64,000 bases of DNA from Anaerolineae bacterium. Lineage in GTDB: Bacteria; Chloroflexota; Anaerolineae; S140-20. The notes below the pieces were generated by a model. The model saw only the letters and a program-made list of their open reading frames with translations, did not search any database and was not told the DNA's origin. The stretch lies in the NCBI GenBank assembly GCA_027021705.1, contig JALUTT010000077.1:1-64000 (forward strand), written 5' to 3'. This document shows positions 42,134 through 51,422 of the stretch, one piece after another. Both the position numbers and the translations under genes were made by a program. The stretch's first letter is position 1; every line of letters starts with the position of its first letter.

Positions 42134-45100
42134 CCCGTAGGAACGAAAGAAGGCCCGCTACAGCGGGGGATGCTGGCGGGCCGGGCGGGAATAACCACCG
42201 AGTTGTTTCTGCCCCACATTATACCCCAAATTCCCCCAACGGTCAAGTACCGCGCGAGGTCCTTGACGCAATCAAGGACCGCGTGGACTTCCCCCGCCTG
42301 TTCGAGGAGGTCTTCGGGATCACCTTGCCCCGTTCCCCCAACGGACGGGGGTCGGTGAAGGTCCGCTGCCCCCGGCCCAATCACCTCGACCGGGACCCGA
42401 GCTGTACCGTCTACCACAACCGCGTCCACTGCTTCGGCTGTAACTGGCACGCCGATGTCATTAACCTGGTGAGGGAGCGGTACGGGGTGGGATTCCGGGA
42501 AGCCGTGCGTATCCTGGCGGCTCAGGTCGGGTATCCGCTCTCCTCCCTCACCCCTGAGCAGGTCCAAGCGATGCAGACACAGCGGGAATACGAGGACGGC
42601 TTGATCCGGGCGGCAGCGTTCTTCCACCAACACCTGCTGGAATCGGAGGCCGGGATGGAGTACGCCCGGAGCCGCTGGTCCGAGGAGGCGATCCGGGCGG
42701 AGTGGATCGGCTTTGCCGACGGCTCCCCTCTACCCGACCTGGGCAACGAACAGGCTCGGCAGGTGGCGGAGGCCGTCAACCGCTGGGCGGCCCGGGTCGG
42801 CGGGGCCGTTGTCTACGCCCACCGACGGGGCGGGCGCGTTGTCTACCTCTCGGCCCGGTCCATCCGGGAGAAAAAACACTACAACCCCCCCGGCCGCTTC
42901 GCCGGTCCGAAACAGCCCTACGTCAACTCCGTCTATTCCTCCCGGTCCGACGAGGTGATCATCGTCGAAGGGCAGGCGTGCGCCATCACGCTGGCCGGGT
43001 GGGGCTTTCCTGCCGTCGCCCTGGCGGGAAGCAGTCCGTCCGAGGACCTGGCCCGGCTGCTACGGGGGGAGCGGGATGTCTACGTCATCCCCGACGCCGA
43101 CGGAAGAACCGATGTCCAGGGCTTGGTGGAGGCCCTGGGGCCACAGATCATCGTGGTCACCCTGCCGGACGGGGTTGCCGACGTGAACGACTGGGCACGG
43201 AAGGACGGGACGGCGGAGGCGCTGAGGGACCGCCTGAACGAGGCCCCGGAGTGGCTGGAGCAGCAGATCACAGAGATCGCCGAGATGCCGAAGGGCCGCC
43301 GGCGGGATAGGGAGATGGAGAGGGTGTTCCGGTGGCTGAAACCCCTTCCCCCCCTCGACTGGGAACGCTACGGGGCGTTGGTGTGCGAGGACCTAAAACT
43401 CCTCTCACGACGGACGTTCAACAGGATGCTCAAGCAGACGGAGGCCGTCGAGATCGAGGGCAACCGCTACCTGGTCCGAGAGGGGAGGCTGTGCATCGAG
43501 CACCGGAAGGACGGGGGACGCTACGTTGAGCCTCTGTGCAACTTCGCGGCCAGGGTGACGACCGACATCACCTATGACGACGGGCAAGAAACCGTCCGCC
43601 GTTTCATCGTAGAGGGCCAACTGGAGGACGGGACCGCCCTTCCCCCCGCCCTAGTGGACGCGGGCAAATTCCCGGACATGAAGTGGATCACCGAGGCGTG
43701 GGGATCGAGGGCCATCGTTGCCGCCGGACACGGGAAGCGAGACCAACTACGGGAAGCGATCCAGCGGCTTAGCGGTGAGGTGGTCACCAAACGGGTGTAC
43801 ACACACCTCGGCTGGCGACAGATTGACGGGAAGCGGTGCTACCTGCACGCGGGCGGGGCGCTGGGACACGACGGCGTGGAAGTGGAACCGGCAAAGGAAC
43901 TGACCCGCTACCGGCTGCCCAACGAGCCTGACGACGTGCGCGGTGCGATGGAGGCCAGCCTACGGCTTCTGGAGATGGCCCCTCTCCGGCTCACCGTCCC
44001 CCTCTGGGCGTCGGTCTGGTTGGCCCCCGTGTCGGAGATCGTCCACCCGGACTTCGTGCTCTGGCTCTACGGTCGGACGGGGACCTTCAAGAGCAGTATG
44101 GCGGCCCTCTTCCTCTCCCACTACGGCGGGCCGTTCACGGCCAAGGACTTGCCGGGGTGGTGGTCCACGGCCAACGCGCTGGAGAAGCTATGCTATCTCA
44201 CCAAGGACGCACTGCTGGTCATTGACGACTTCGCCCCGAAGAGCAACCCCCGTGAGGCCAGGGAGCAGAGGGCGACGGTGAACCGGATCATCCGTGCCGT
44301 CGGCAATCGGGCCGGCCGGCAACGGCTCAACCGCAACCTGCGCCTGCGGAAGTCCTACCCCCCTCGCGGTCTGGTCATCTCAACGGGGGAGATGATCCCC
44401 GGCTTGCAGTCCGTTGTAGCCAGGCTGTACGTTGTCGAGGTGGGGCAAGGAGACGTGGACCGGGAGCGACTGAGCGCGGCCCAGGCGGAAGCCGAACGAT
44501 ACCCCCACGCGCTGGCCGGATACGTGCTCTGGCTCTCGGAGCAGTGGGACGAACTCAGGCAATCGCTTCCCCGGCAACTGAGGGAGATCCGCGATAGACT
44601 GGTGTCGGAGGTAGGGGGAGAACATATGCGCCTCCCCAATGCACTGGCTATGTTGTACCTGGGATTTGACCTGGGGTTGCAGTACGCAGTTGAGGTTGGG
44701 GCTCTGAGTGAGGAAGAGGCAAACGGGTGGCGCAATGCCGGATGGACTGCCCTTACCGCGTCGGCAGAAGCCCATAGCCGCCAGGTGGCAGCCGAGAGCC
44801 CCACCGGCCTCTACTTTGAGGCCCTGGAGGAGTTGCTGGCCCAGAGGAAGGTGAGGCTTAAGTCTGTACAGGGCGGTTCCATCGTGGGATCGGAAGAGGG
44901 GGAACACATCGGATGGTACGACGATGACCACATCTACCTGCTTCCCCGGGTCGCATACAAAGCGGTCAACGACCTTCTCCGGGGCACGGGGCGAGACTTT
45001 CCCCTCGACGAGCGAGCGCTGCGCAAGTACCTGGCGGAAGAGGGGTATTTGGAACGGCAGGGTGAGCGGTACACCGTCCTAAAGCGGACACCGGCGGGGC

Positions 45101-45168
45101 GCCGGCACGTGTTGAAAATACGCCGGGAGCGGGTGACACTGCTCCCGGAGGAGGGTTCTCCAGGGTAA
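42121..45168 (+). CDS. Primase-helicase replication protein (CHC2 Zn finger, TOPRIM, DUF927-like region, P-loop helicase)
   Basis: CPRPNH..DPSC..HCFGC Zn finger; IIVEG, PDAD and DVNDW TOPRIM motifs; GRTGTFKSS Walker A, STAN, LVIDDF Walker B, ISTGE. Confidence 0.9.
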   Translation: MAIVTRRNERRPATAGDAGGPGGNNHRVVSAPHYTPNSPNGQVPREVLDAIKDRVDFPRLFEEVFGITLPRSPNGRGSVKVRCPRPNHLDRDPSCTVYHNRVHCFGCNWHADVINLVRERYGVGFREAVRILAAQVGYPLSSLTPEQVQAMQTQREYEDGLIRAAAFFHQHLLESEAGMEYARSRWSEEAIRAEWIGFADGSPLPDLGNEQARQVAEAVNRWAARVGGAVVYAHRRGGRVVYLSARSIREKKHYNPPGRFAGPKQPYVNSVYSSRSDEVIIVEGQACAITLAGWGFPAVALAGSSPSEDLARLLRGERDVYVIPDADGRTDVQGLVEALGPQIIVVTLPDGVADVNDWARKDGTAEALRDRLNEAPEWLEQQITEIAEMPKGRRRDREMERVFRWLKPLPPLDWERYGALVCEDLKLLSRRTFNRMLKQTEAVEIEGNRYLVREGRLCIEHRKDGGRYVEPLCNFAARVTTDITYDDGQETVRRFIVEGQLEDGTALPPALVDAGKFPDMKWITEAWGSRAIVAAGHGKRDQLREAIQRLSGEVVTKRVYTHLGWRQIDGKRCYLHAGGALGHDGVEVEPAKELTRYRLPNEPDDVRGAMEASLRLLEMAPLRLTVPLWASVWLAPVSEIVHPDFVLWLYGRTGTFKSSMAALFLSHYGGPFTAKDLPGWWSTANALEKLCYLTKDALLVIDDFAPKSNPREAREQRATVNRIIRAVGNRAGRQRLNRNLRLRKSYPPRGLVISTGEMIPGLQSVVARLYVVEVGQGDVDRERLSAAQAEAERYPHALAGYVLWLSEQWDELRQSLPRQLREIRDRLVSEVGGEHMRLPNALAMLYLGFDLGLQYAVEVGALSEEEANGWRNAGWTALTASAEAHSRQVAAESPTGLYFEALEELLAQRKVRLKSVQGGSIVGSEEGEHIGWYDDDHIYLLPRVAYKAVNDLLRGTGRDFPLDERALRKYLAEEGYLERQGERYTVLKRTPAGRRHVLKIRRERVTLLPEEGSPG

Positions 45169-45172
45169 AGGC

Positions 45173-45313
45173 TGTCACCAGTGTCACCAGTTTTGTCACC
45201 AGTTTTTATGTCAACTGGTGACAGGCTTTCTCCTGGGAGAAGACACTTTATACAAGGAAACACTTACGCTTAAGTTCCTCGGTGTCACCAGTGTCACCAG
45301 TGTCACCAGTCAG
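45173..45313 (-). repeat. Right iteron/AT-rich block (probable replication origin), immediately after the primase stop
   Basis: Three TGTCACCAG, one inverted CTGGTGACA, an AT-rich spacer and three tandem TGTCACCAG; reverse complement of 34507-34646. Confidence 0.9.
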
Positions 45314-45366
45314 AGATACAGGGTATCTTTTGGGAGAAAAATTTTTCCGCCTCTGGAGGGTAGACG

Positions 45367-45642
45367 ATGGGGTACCGGCTTATACTACCGTCTGTGCTCT
45401 CGGAAGTAGAGCGTCCGGCGCAAGGAGAACGGACCGAGCGCCCTTCCGCCCTTGTTCGGCCCCCCATCCCTGAGCCGGACTGGGAAGCGTTGGGCATCTG
45501 CTTTCCCCTGGACCTACGGGAGCTCCCTTGGGCGTGCGCAAGGCTGGAACAAGCCGGCTACGACGCCTGGGTTGAGGACGACGGATGGCAATTGGTCCTG
45601 CGATACCGCCTAAACACACAGACGAAGGGGGGTGAACGATGA
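45367..45642 (+). CDS. Hypothetical protein upstream of the integrase
   Basis: GGAGG RBS; ATGA overlap with the integrase. Confidence 0.6.
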   Translation: MGYRLILPSVLSEVERPAQGERTERPSALVRPPIPEPDWEALGICFPLDLRELPWACARLEQAGYDAWVEDDGWQLVLRYRLNTQTKGGER

Positions 45643-46595
45643 GACTTCTGGAGGCCGTTGATGCATTCTTGACCGCGACCAGGGCCGACGGTCGCAGCCC
45701 CAAGACGGTGGACAGCTACCGGCGGAAGCTGAAACCCCTGACGGACTTCCTGGGCGACGTGCCGGTCGAGGCGATCACCGCCGACGATCTACGGAAGTAC
45801 ATTACCGACCTGATGGATCGGCGGACCAGGTGGCGTGAGCACCCGAAGCACCGGGAACGGGAGGGTGGGCTTTCGCCCTTCACCGTCGCCGGTCACGTTC
45901 GGGCTCTCAAGCGGCTGTTCAACTGGCTGGAAGGCGAGGGGGTGATCACGAACAATCCCGCCCGCCGTATCAAGACACACCAGCCGAAACAGCGGACGTT
46001 GAAGGCGGTCTCCGTCGAGGACTTCCTGGCACTGCTGGCCACCACCCAGGGGGAAGGGGTGTCGGACCTACGGGATCGTGCTATCATCCTCTTCCTGGCC
46101 GATACGGGATGTCGAATCGGGGGGCTGTGTGGGCTGAGGCTGGACGACCTGGACCTGGAGGAAGAGGTTGCCTTCGTCACGGAGAAGGGGGGGAAGACGC
46201 GCCCGGTGCCCTTTACCACGGTGACGGCAGAGGCGTTGAGGGCCTGGCTGGCCGTGAGGCCCGACGCCGGCGAGTACGTCTTCGTCAGCCTGGGCAACAA
46301 GGCAGTCGGGCGTCTCACACCCAACGGGGTGCGGCAGATGCTGAGGCGACGGGCGAAGCAGGCCGGGATAACGCGGCCCGTCAACCCCCACGCCTTCCGG
46401 CATGCCTTTGCAAGGGAGTATCTGCTGAACGGTGGCGATCTGGCGACGCTTGCCGACCTGCTAGGGCACAGCAGCGTTGAGGTCACCCGGTTTTTCTACG
46501 CGAGGTTTCGGTACAAAGAGCTGAAGGAAAAGCACGACCGTCATAGTCCGGTAGCGCGATTAGTCGAGAAAGGAGGGCTCCGTGTCCGCTCTTAA
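45639..46595 (+). CDS. Tyrosine integrase of the tRNA-Lys element
   Basis: GRSPKTVDSY SAM-like domain; TGCRIG, EKGGK, HAFRH, LGHS and FFY catalytic motifs; ends inside attR. Confidence 0.93.
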   Translation: MRLLEAVDAFLTATRADGRSPKTVDSYRRKLKPLTDFLGDVPVEAITADDLRKYITDLMDRRTRWREHPKHREREGGLSPFTVAGHVRALKRLFNWLEGEGVITNNPARRIKTHQPKQRTLKAVSVEDFLALLATTQGEGVSDLRDRAIILFLADTGCRIGGLCGLRLDDLDLEEEVAFVTEKGGKTRPVPFTTVTAEALRAWLAVRPDAGEYVFVSLGNKAVGRLTPNGVRQMLRRRAKQAGITRPVNPHAFRHAFAREYLLNGGDLATLADLLGHSSVEVTRFFYARFRYKELKEKHDRHSPVARLVEKGGLRVRS

Positions 46596-46633
46596 TCCCT
46601 TGGTTGCAGGTTCGAGTCCTGCGCGGGTCACCT
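46589..46633 (+). repeat. attR: duplicated 3' half of tRNA-Lys
   Basis: 45/45 identity with 34041-34085. Confidence 0.96.
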
Positions 46634-46681
46634 ACCTGTTCGTAGCCCTCTTGGCTATCCCAACTGAAAGATGAGCCCTCG

Positions 46682-46709
46682 ATGAGGGCGCACGTCAGTG
46701 CGCCCTCAT
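46682..46709. repeat. Perfect 12-bp-stem hairpin downstream of attR
   Basis: ATGAGGGCGCAC-GTCA-GTGCGCCCTCAT. Confidence 0.7.
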
Positions 46710-46900
46710 GTGTTCCATCTCCACGCGACCAACCGCAACACCTGGACCTCCTGATCCGTCAGCCCGGCGGCTTCCACAGGGGGCTGCCTTTCTCCCCGGG
46801 CCCAAGCCACCACCTTCCTCTTCACAGCCTGGCTGTACCACGTTTCCCCTCGAGTTACTGCTTGCACCGCTGCCACTATCACCTCCGACCCTTTCTCCGC
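46706..46900 (-). pseudogene. Internal fragment of a NarL/LuxR-family response regulator
   Basis: EVIVAAVQAVTRGETWYSQAV...LTDQEVQVLRLVA corresponds to the receiver end, linker and HTH start; there is no N-terminus and the HTH is truncated. Confidence 0.7.
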
Positions 46901-46952
46901 GTGAGCCGTCAAGGGAAGCGATCGGCCGGCCGTCGCGGGGTCTGGTGCACCC

Positions 46953-47768
46953 TCACACCTCTTCGGCGAAGCGGGGGCTGTAGTGGTGGAAAATGAGGTA
47001 GCCAATGAGGAGGGTGAGGAAGGCGGTCACGGCGGTGCGGAGGAAGAAGTCCAGGCCGGGCCGAGCCCCCCAGTAGAGGATGTCCCGATAGGAGGCAATG
47101 ATGGAAGCCATCGGGTTGAGCCGCCGCAGCCAGACCCGCAGGGGGACGGCCACGCCTAGGATGACCCGCTGCTCCGGCACCTGGTTGATGGGGTAGAAGA
47201 CCGGGGTCAGGAAGAACCAGGCCAGTAGGACCACCCCCAGAATGAGGTGGGTGTCCCGGTAGAAGACGTTCAGCGTGGACAGGATGAAGGCCATCCCGAT
47301 GGTGAAGGCGACCTGCACCAGGATCACCAAGGGGAGCAGCAGGGCCCACAGTGTGGGGGGGCGGCCCATCAAGGTGGCGAGCACGAAGTAGACGGGGAGG
47401 GCGATGAGGAAGTTGACCAGGTTGGAGAGGACGAGGGCGATGGGCAACACCTCGCGGGGGAAATAGACTTTCTTGATCAAATGGGCGTTGCCCACAATCG
47501 TGGCGGTCGCGCCGGCAACGGAATCCTGGAAGAAGTTCCAGGGGAGCAGGGCGCAGAGGATGAAGGCGGGGAAGGCCGGATAGGCGCTCTGACCGGCCAG
47601 GTACTTGAAGACGATGGTGAAGACCACCATCATCAGCAGCGGGTTGAGGAGCGACCACCCTACCCCTAGGATGGAGTTTTTGTAGCGGACCTTCAAGTCC
47701 CGCACGACCAGGTTGTAGATGAGCTCCTGGTAGCGCCACAGCTCGTAGAGCCTACCCAGCAAGCTCAT
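46953..47768 (-). CDS. wzm: Polysaccharide ABC-2 exporter permease (Wzm/TagG-like)
   Basis: RDLKVRYKNSILGVGWSLLNPLL, LIKKVYFPRE, FYRD, LTPVFYP, LNPM. Confidence 0.92.
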   Translation of the reverse strand: MSLLGRLYELWRYQELIYNLVVRDLKVRYKNSILGVGWSLLNPLLMMVVFTIVFKYLAGQSAYPAFPAFILCALLPWNFFQDSVAGATATIVGNAHLIKKVYFPREVLPIALVLSNLVNFLIALPVYFVLATLMGRPPTLWALLLPLVILVQVAFTIGMAFILSTLNVFYRDTHLILGVVLLAWFFLTPVFYPINQVPEQRVILGVAVPLRVWLRRLNPMASIIASYRDILYWGARPGLDFFLRTAVTAFLTLLIGYLIFHHYSPRFAEEV

Positions 47769-49015
47769 CCCGCCTCCTCTTGCTTCAGCGCGGTCAGGGC
47801 GGCCTGTCGGCCGGCGACAGGGCGGAGCAGCGCATCGTAGATGGCGACAATGCGCCGACCGGCCTGATCCCACGAGAACTGCTCGGCAGCCCGCCGTCGG
47901 AGGCGCTCGCCCAAGCGGACGGCTCCCTCTCGGTCCTTCAGCAGGCCGGCGATGGCATCGGCCAGGGCGATGGGGTTACCTGCCTCGGCGTAGATGCCCA
48001 GGGACCCCAGGTACTCCCGGCTGACCGGCGTGTCGAAGGCGACGGTGGGCAGGGCCATCGCCATGTAGTTGAGGATCTTGCCGCTCCCCTCGGTGGCCGA
48101 GAGCTTGGGGGCGACGGCGATGTCGGCCAGGGCCAGGTGGGCCGGGGCCTGCTCGTAGGGAACCTTGCCGGTGAAGGTTACCCATCCCTCCAGCCCCATC
48201 GCCCTGGCCCGCTGACGGTAGAGTTCCACAGCCGGGTAGCCCATGATCAGAAAGTGGGCCTTCGCCCCCCGGCGGCGGAGCTCCGCCGCTGCCTCTAGGA
48301 GCTTCCCCGTCCCCTGGTACTCGGCCAGCAACCCCAAATAGCCGACGACGGGCCGGTCTGGAGGGATGCCCAGCCGTGCCCGGTGGGCGGCGATCTCCGC
48401 CGGCGAGCGCCCTCCCCCCGGTCGGAAGAAGCTCAGGTTCACGGCATCGGGGAGGGGCTGGATCCGGTAGGAGGGAACGCCGAAGTCGTGGACGAGGAGA
48501 CCTGCCGCGTGGTGGGAGCTGGTCAGGATCGCGTCGGGCAGGTGGTCAATCCGCCGCTCCAGCCAGCGGGCGGGGCGGTACCAGGGGCCGTGGGGGTTCA
48601 GGAAGTTGTGGTCCACCATCTCCCCCGTCAGGCTCCCCTGGAAGTCGAAGATGAGGGGGAGCCGGCGCAGCCGGCTCAAGACGCCGCCGATGAGCGCCCC
48701 TTCGTGCAGGTGGGCGTGGATGAGGTCAAACCGCTCCCGCAGGACGAGGGTCAGCGCCTTCCAGGAGAGGAGCAGGTCGAAGGCGATCTTGTGGCGGGAG
48801 GAGCCGACCTCGTACTCGGCCCGCCAGGGGACCGGACGGGTGCGCAGGATGCGTAGGTCGGGCAGGTTGCGCCCCTTGTAGTAGGTGACGATGGTGACCT
48901 GGTGGCCCAGCTTCTGGAGGACGCGGGCCTCCTCCAGGATGCGCACGTGGCAGCCGTAATCGGCGAAGAAGGAGGTCGGCGCGATCATCAGGATACGGTA
49001 AGGCGTTGGGGGCAT
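47765..49015 (-). CDS. GT4 family glycosyltransferase
   Basis: YRILMIAPT, DLIHAH, VGYLG, KILNYMAMALP GT-B motifs; start at MPPTPY (49015). Confidence 0.88.
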   Translation of the reverse strand: MPPTPYRILMIAPTSFFADYGCHVRILEEARVLQKLGHQVTIVTYYKGRNLPDLRILRTRPVPWRAEYEVGSSRHKIAFDLLLSWKALTLVLRERFDLIHAHLHEGALIGGVLSRLRRLPLIFDFQGSLTGEMVDHNFLNPHGPWYRPARWLERRIDHLPDAILTSSHHAAGLLVHDFGVPSYRIQPLPDAVNLSFFRPGGGRSPAEIAAHRARLGIPPDRPVVGYLGLLAEYQGTGKLLEAAAELRRRGAKAHFLIMGYPAVELYRQRARAMGLEGWVTFTGKVPYEQAPAHLALADIAVAPKLSATEGSGKILNYMAMALPTVAFDTPVSREYLGSLGIYAEAGNPIALADAIAGLLKDREGAVRLGERLRRRAAEQFSWDQAGRRIVAIYDALLRPVAGRQAALTALKQEEAG

Positions 49016-49079
49016 CGCTTGGCTCCTGGTCTGTGGTTTGACCGTTCTGGCTCTCCAGACCTCCGAGGTCTGGAAGAAA

Positions 49080-49200
49080 ATATCATTCAGCCTACCCTCC
49101 CGCAGGTCACCGGTCGAGGACACTTTCAGCCCCGATGGGCTATTTGAAGCACGGTTTCGCGTCGGAAACGTGCCTAACCTGCGGGAGGGTGAACAGTTAC
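49080..49200 (+). mobile_element. MITE family B copy (121 bp)
   Basis: Near-identical to 19822-19943; flanks GGAAGAAA / GGAAGAGA (7/8 match). Confidence 0.88.
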
Positions 49201-49233
49201 GGAAGAGAAATCCAAGGCGCGGGAGGATCCGGC

Positions 49234-50226
49234 CTAGCGTGAGCGGGGAGGAGGCCGGCGGTCGCCGAAGCCGAAGAGGCGCTTGAGGAAGCTGCCCGAC
49301 GAAGGGGCCTCCTCGCGACCTCGTTCTTCCCACATCCCCTGCTGGCGGTCGTGCATCCAGGCATCCCGCGCCTCCACCAGTTCGGTGAAGAGCGCTTCCA
49401 GCGGAGCTTCCTCCTCGGCCAGGAGCATCGCCCGCAGTCTCTCCAGCGTTCCCAGCCAGGCGTTCAGTTGGCGCAGCAGGTTCTCCCGGTTCAGCCGGAG
49501 CAGGGCGGCCTGGGAGCGGGCCTGACCGACGACGGGGGCGGTGGCCTGGAGGAAGGCGGGTCCTGCCACTTTGCGGGCCTCGCGCCAGCCGGGGGAGTCC
49601 AGGGCGGTGCGGAGCAGGACGGTGCCCAAGAGCATCGGCAGCGCTTCCACGGCTGCCCGCAGCCCATCGTGCTCCTGGGGGTCCAGGAAGATGGGGCGTG
49701 CCCCCAGCATCTCGGCCAGGGCGGCAAGTTGCTCGACGGCCTCCGGGGTCGTGCCGGTGTCCGGCGTGATGCAGTAGAGCCCCCCCTCGAAGGCGTCGGC
49801 GCGGGCCGCCTCCGGCCCCCCCTTGCACTCCAGGGGCGAGAGGCGGGGGTTGAAGAGGGGAGCCCCGCCCACGTAGTGGACCTGGGGGGAGAGCCACCGC
49901 CGCGCCCACTCCAGCACGGGCACCTTCAGGCTCGCCGTGTCGGTGACGATGGCCCCCGGCTTCAGTTCCGGGCCGATCACCTCCAGCGTGTCCCGCACTT
50001 CCAGGAGGGGGACGGCCAGGATCACCAGGTCAGCCTGCTCGCAGGCGCGGATCAGGTTGATCCGGGTTCGGTCCACAGCACCCAGCCGTCGGGCTTGGCG
50101 GGCCCGCAGCGGGTCTACCTCGTGGCCGGTGATGGAGAGGGAGGGGTCCCGCGCCTTCAGCGCGAGGCCGATGGAGGTGCCGACAAAGCCCAACCCAACC
50201 AGCGTGATCTGCGTGCGTTCGCTCAT
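49234..50226 (-). CDS. tyrA: Prephenate/arogenate dehydrogenase family protein
   Basis: GLGFVGTSIG Rossmann motif, DLVILAVP, TDTASLK, QEHD. Some conserved His positions (GHP, SHLP) appear replaced, so activity is uncertain. Confidence 0.72.
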   Translation of the reverse strand: MSERTQITLVGLGFVGTSIGLALKARDPSLSITGHEVDPLRARQARRLGAVDRTRINLIRACEQADLVILAVPLLEVRDTLEVIGPELKPGAIVTDTASLKVPVLEWARRWLSPQVHYVGGAPLFNPRLSPLECKGGPEAARADAFEGGLYCITPDTGTTPEAVEQLAALAEMLGARPIFLDPQEHDGLRAAVEALPMLLGTVLLRTALDSPGWREARKVAGPAFLQATAPVVGQARSQAALLRLNRENLLRQLNAWLGTLERLRAMLLAEEEAPLEALFTELVEARDAWMHDRQQGMWEERGREEAPSSGSFLKRLFGFGDRRPPPRSR

Positions 50227-50232
50227 AGGACC

Positions 50233-50754
50233 TCAATTCCGGTTGTCTGCCCACTGGAGAAGGGAGAGCAGGTGGAGCAGGTCGGGGTCTGCATCGGGCG
50301 GGGCCTTCTCCTGGTGGTGGCGGATCAGCCAGACGGCTCGGGGGGAGGCACCGGCTTCCTCAGCCCAGCGGGCGCCGATCTCGGGGTGCCGATGGTGGAG
50401 GGCGAAGCCCCGCCGCCATCCCGTTGCCCCGTCGGCGCTCACCCGATCCAGCAGTGCTGTGCCTTCCAGCAGCACGACGGCCACCCGCTGCCAGAGGGGG
50501 AGGGGGCCGGCCGCCTTCCCCACGTCGTGGAGCAGGGCCGCCGTGAGTAGGTCAGGGTCGCGATGGCCTGCCTGCAGCAGCGTGCGGCAGACGCGGATGG
50601 CGTGCTGCTGGTCGTTGGGGGGCATGCGCTGGAAAAGGGCGGCCTGGGCCGGCGTCAGCAACGCTCGCACCATCTGCCGGTCCTCCTCGCCCACCCGGGC
50701 GGTGATCGCCTGGAGGAACTGCCGAATCCTATACGAGGAGACGGAAAAGCGCAT
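50233..50754 (-). CDS. HD-domain phosphohydrolase
   Basis: DQQH, ALLHDVGK, HPEIGA, RHH, WAD. Confidence 0.85.
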   Translation of the reverse strand: MRFSVSSYRIRQFLQAITARVGEEDRQMVRALLTPAQAALFQRMPPNDQQHAIRVCRTLLQAGHRDPDLLTAALLHDVGKAAGPLPLWQRVAVVLLEGTALLDRVSADGATGWRRGFALHHRHPEIGARWAEEAGASPRAVWLIRHHQEKAPPDADPDLLHLLSLLQWADNRN

Positions 50755-51382
50755 TGGCCAGCGGTCCCAGGATACGCCCCAGGATGTTAAGCGGCGTCAT
50801 CTGGTCCACGAGGATGACCAGCAGGAAGATCATCGGGCCGTAGGGCTGTAGCCGGTCCAGAAAGCCCTGCAGGTCGTAGGCCCAGCGGGTCGGGACGGTG
50901 CTCAGGACGCCGCGCAGGATGTTGTAGCCGTCCAGAGGGTAGAGGGGGATCAGGTTGAACAGGCAGAGGATGATGTTGACGATGACTCCGGTGAGCAGGA
51001 TGTGCTGGAAGAAGGCGGGGATCACCAGGCCGCCCAGCCGCAGGGGGATGGCCCAGAGCACCGCCTGCAGCAGGTTGGAGAGGGGGCCGGCCGCGGCGAC
51101 GATGCCGAAGCCCAGCCGGGGGCCGTAGCGGAGATAGCGCGGATTGACGGGTACCGGCTTCCCCCAGCCGAATCCGTAGCCGGTGAAGGCGCTGAAGACC
51201 ATCATCGCCGTTCCCATCGGGTCCAGATGAACGGCGGGGTTCAGCGTCAGCCGCCCTTGGTAGCGGGCCGTTGGGTCTCCCAGCCGGTCGGCCGCCCAGG
51301 CATGGGCGAACTCGTGGACGGCGATGGAGAGCACCAGGATCAGCATGGTGATGAGAAACTGGGTGATGTCCAGACCAGGCAT
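50729..51382 (-). CDS. Site-2 protease (M50) family membrane metalloprotease
   Basis: HEFAH, GRLTLNP, AGPLSN, FNLIPLYPLDG. Confidence 0.93.
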   Translation of the reverse strand: MPGLDITQFLITMLILVLSIAVHEFAHAWAADRLGDPTARYQGRLTLNPAVHLDPMGTAMMVFSAFTGYGFGWGKPVPVNPRYLRYGPRLGFGIVAAAGPLSNLLQAVLWAIPLRLGGLVIPAFFQHILLTGVIVNIILCLFNLIPLYPLDGYNILRGVLSTVPTRWAYDLQGFLDRLQPYGPMIFLLVILVDQMTPLNILGRILGPLANALFRLLV

Positions 51383-51422
51383 CGGTGGATCCTCTCCTTT
51401 ACGGACAAATGGGCAATTTGTC

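Larger units (their letters stand above)
34041..46633. mobile_element. ~12.6 kb integrative, replicative element in tRNA-Lys (AICE-like or integrative plasmid)
   Basis: Identical 45-bp direct repeats at both ends, a terminal tyrosine integrase, a primase-helicase, an FtsK ATPase and excisionase-like genes, all co-oriented. Confidence 0.93.

Noticed and set aside
34041..46633. Prophage or classical T4SS-type ICE
   Set aside because: No recognisable capsid, terminase, portal, tail, lysis, relaxase or VirB4 genes. A helper-dependent satellite lifestyle cannot be fully excluded.
46589..46633. Second tRNA-Lys gene
   Set aside because: Only the 3' half is present (no D arm or 5' acceptor strand); it is attR.
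49016..49909. N-terminal extension making a 714-aa glycosyltransferase
   Set aside because: Runs through MITE-B and off-frame across tyrA; GT4 motifs begin only after 49015.
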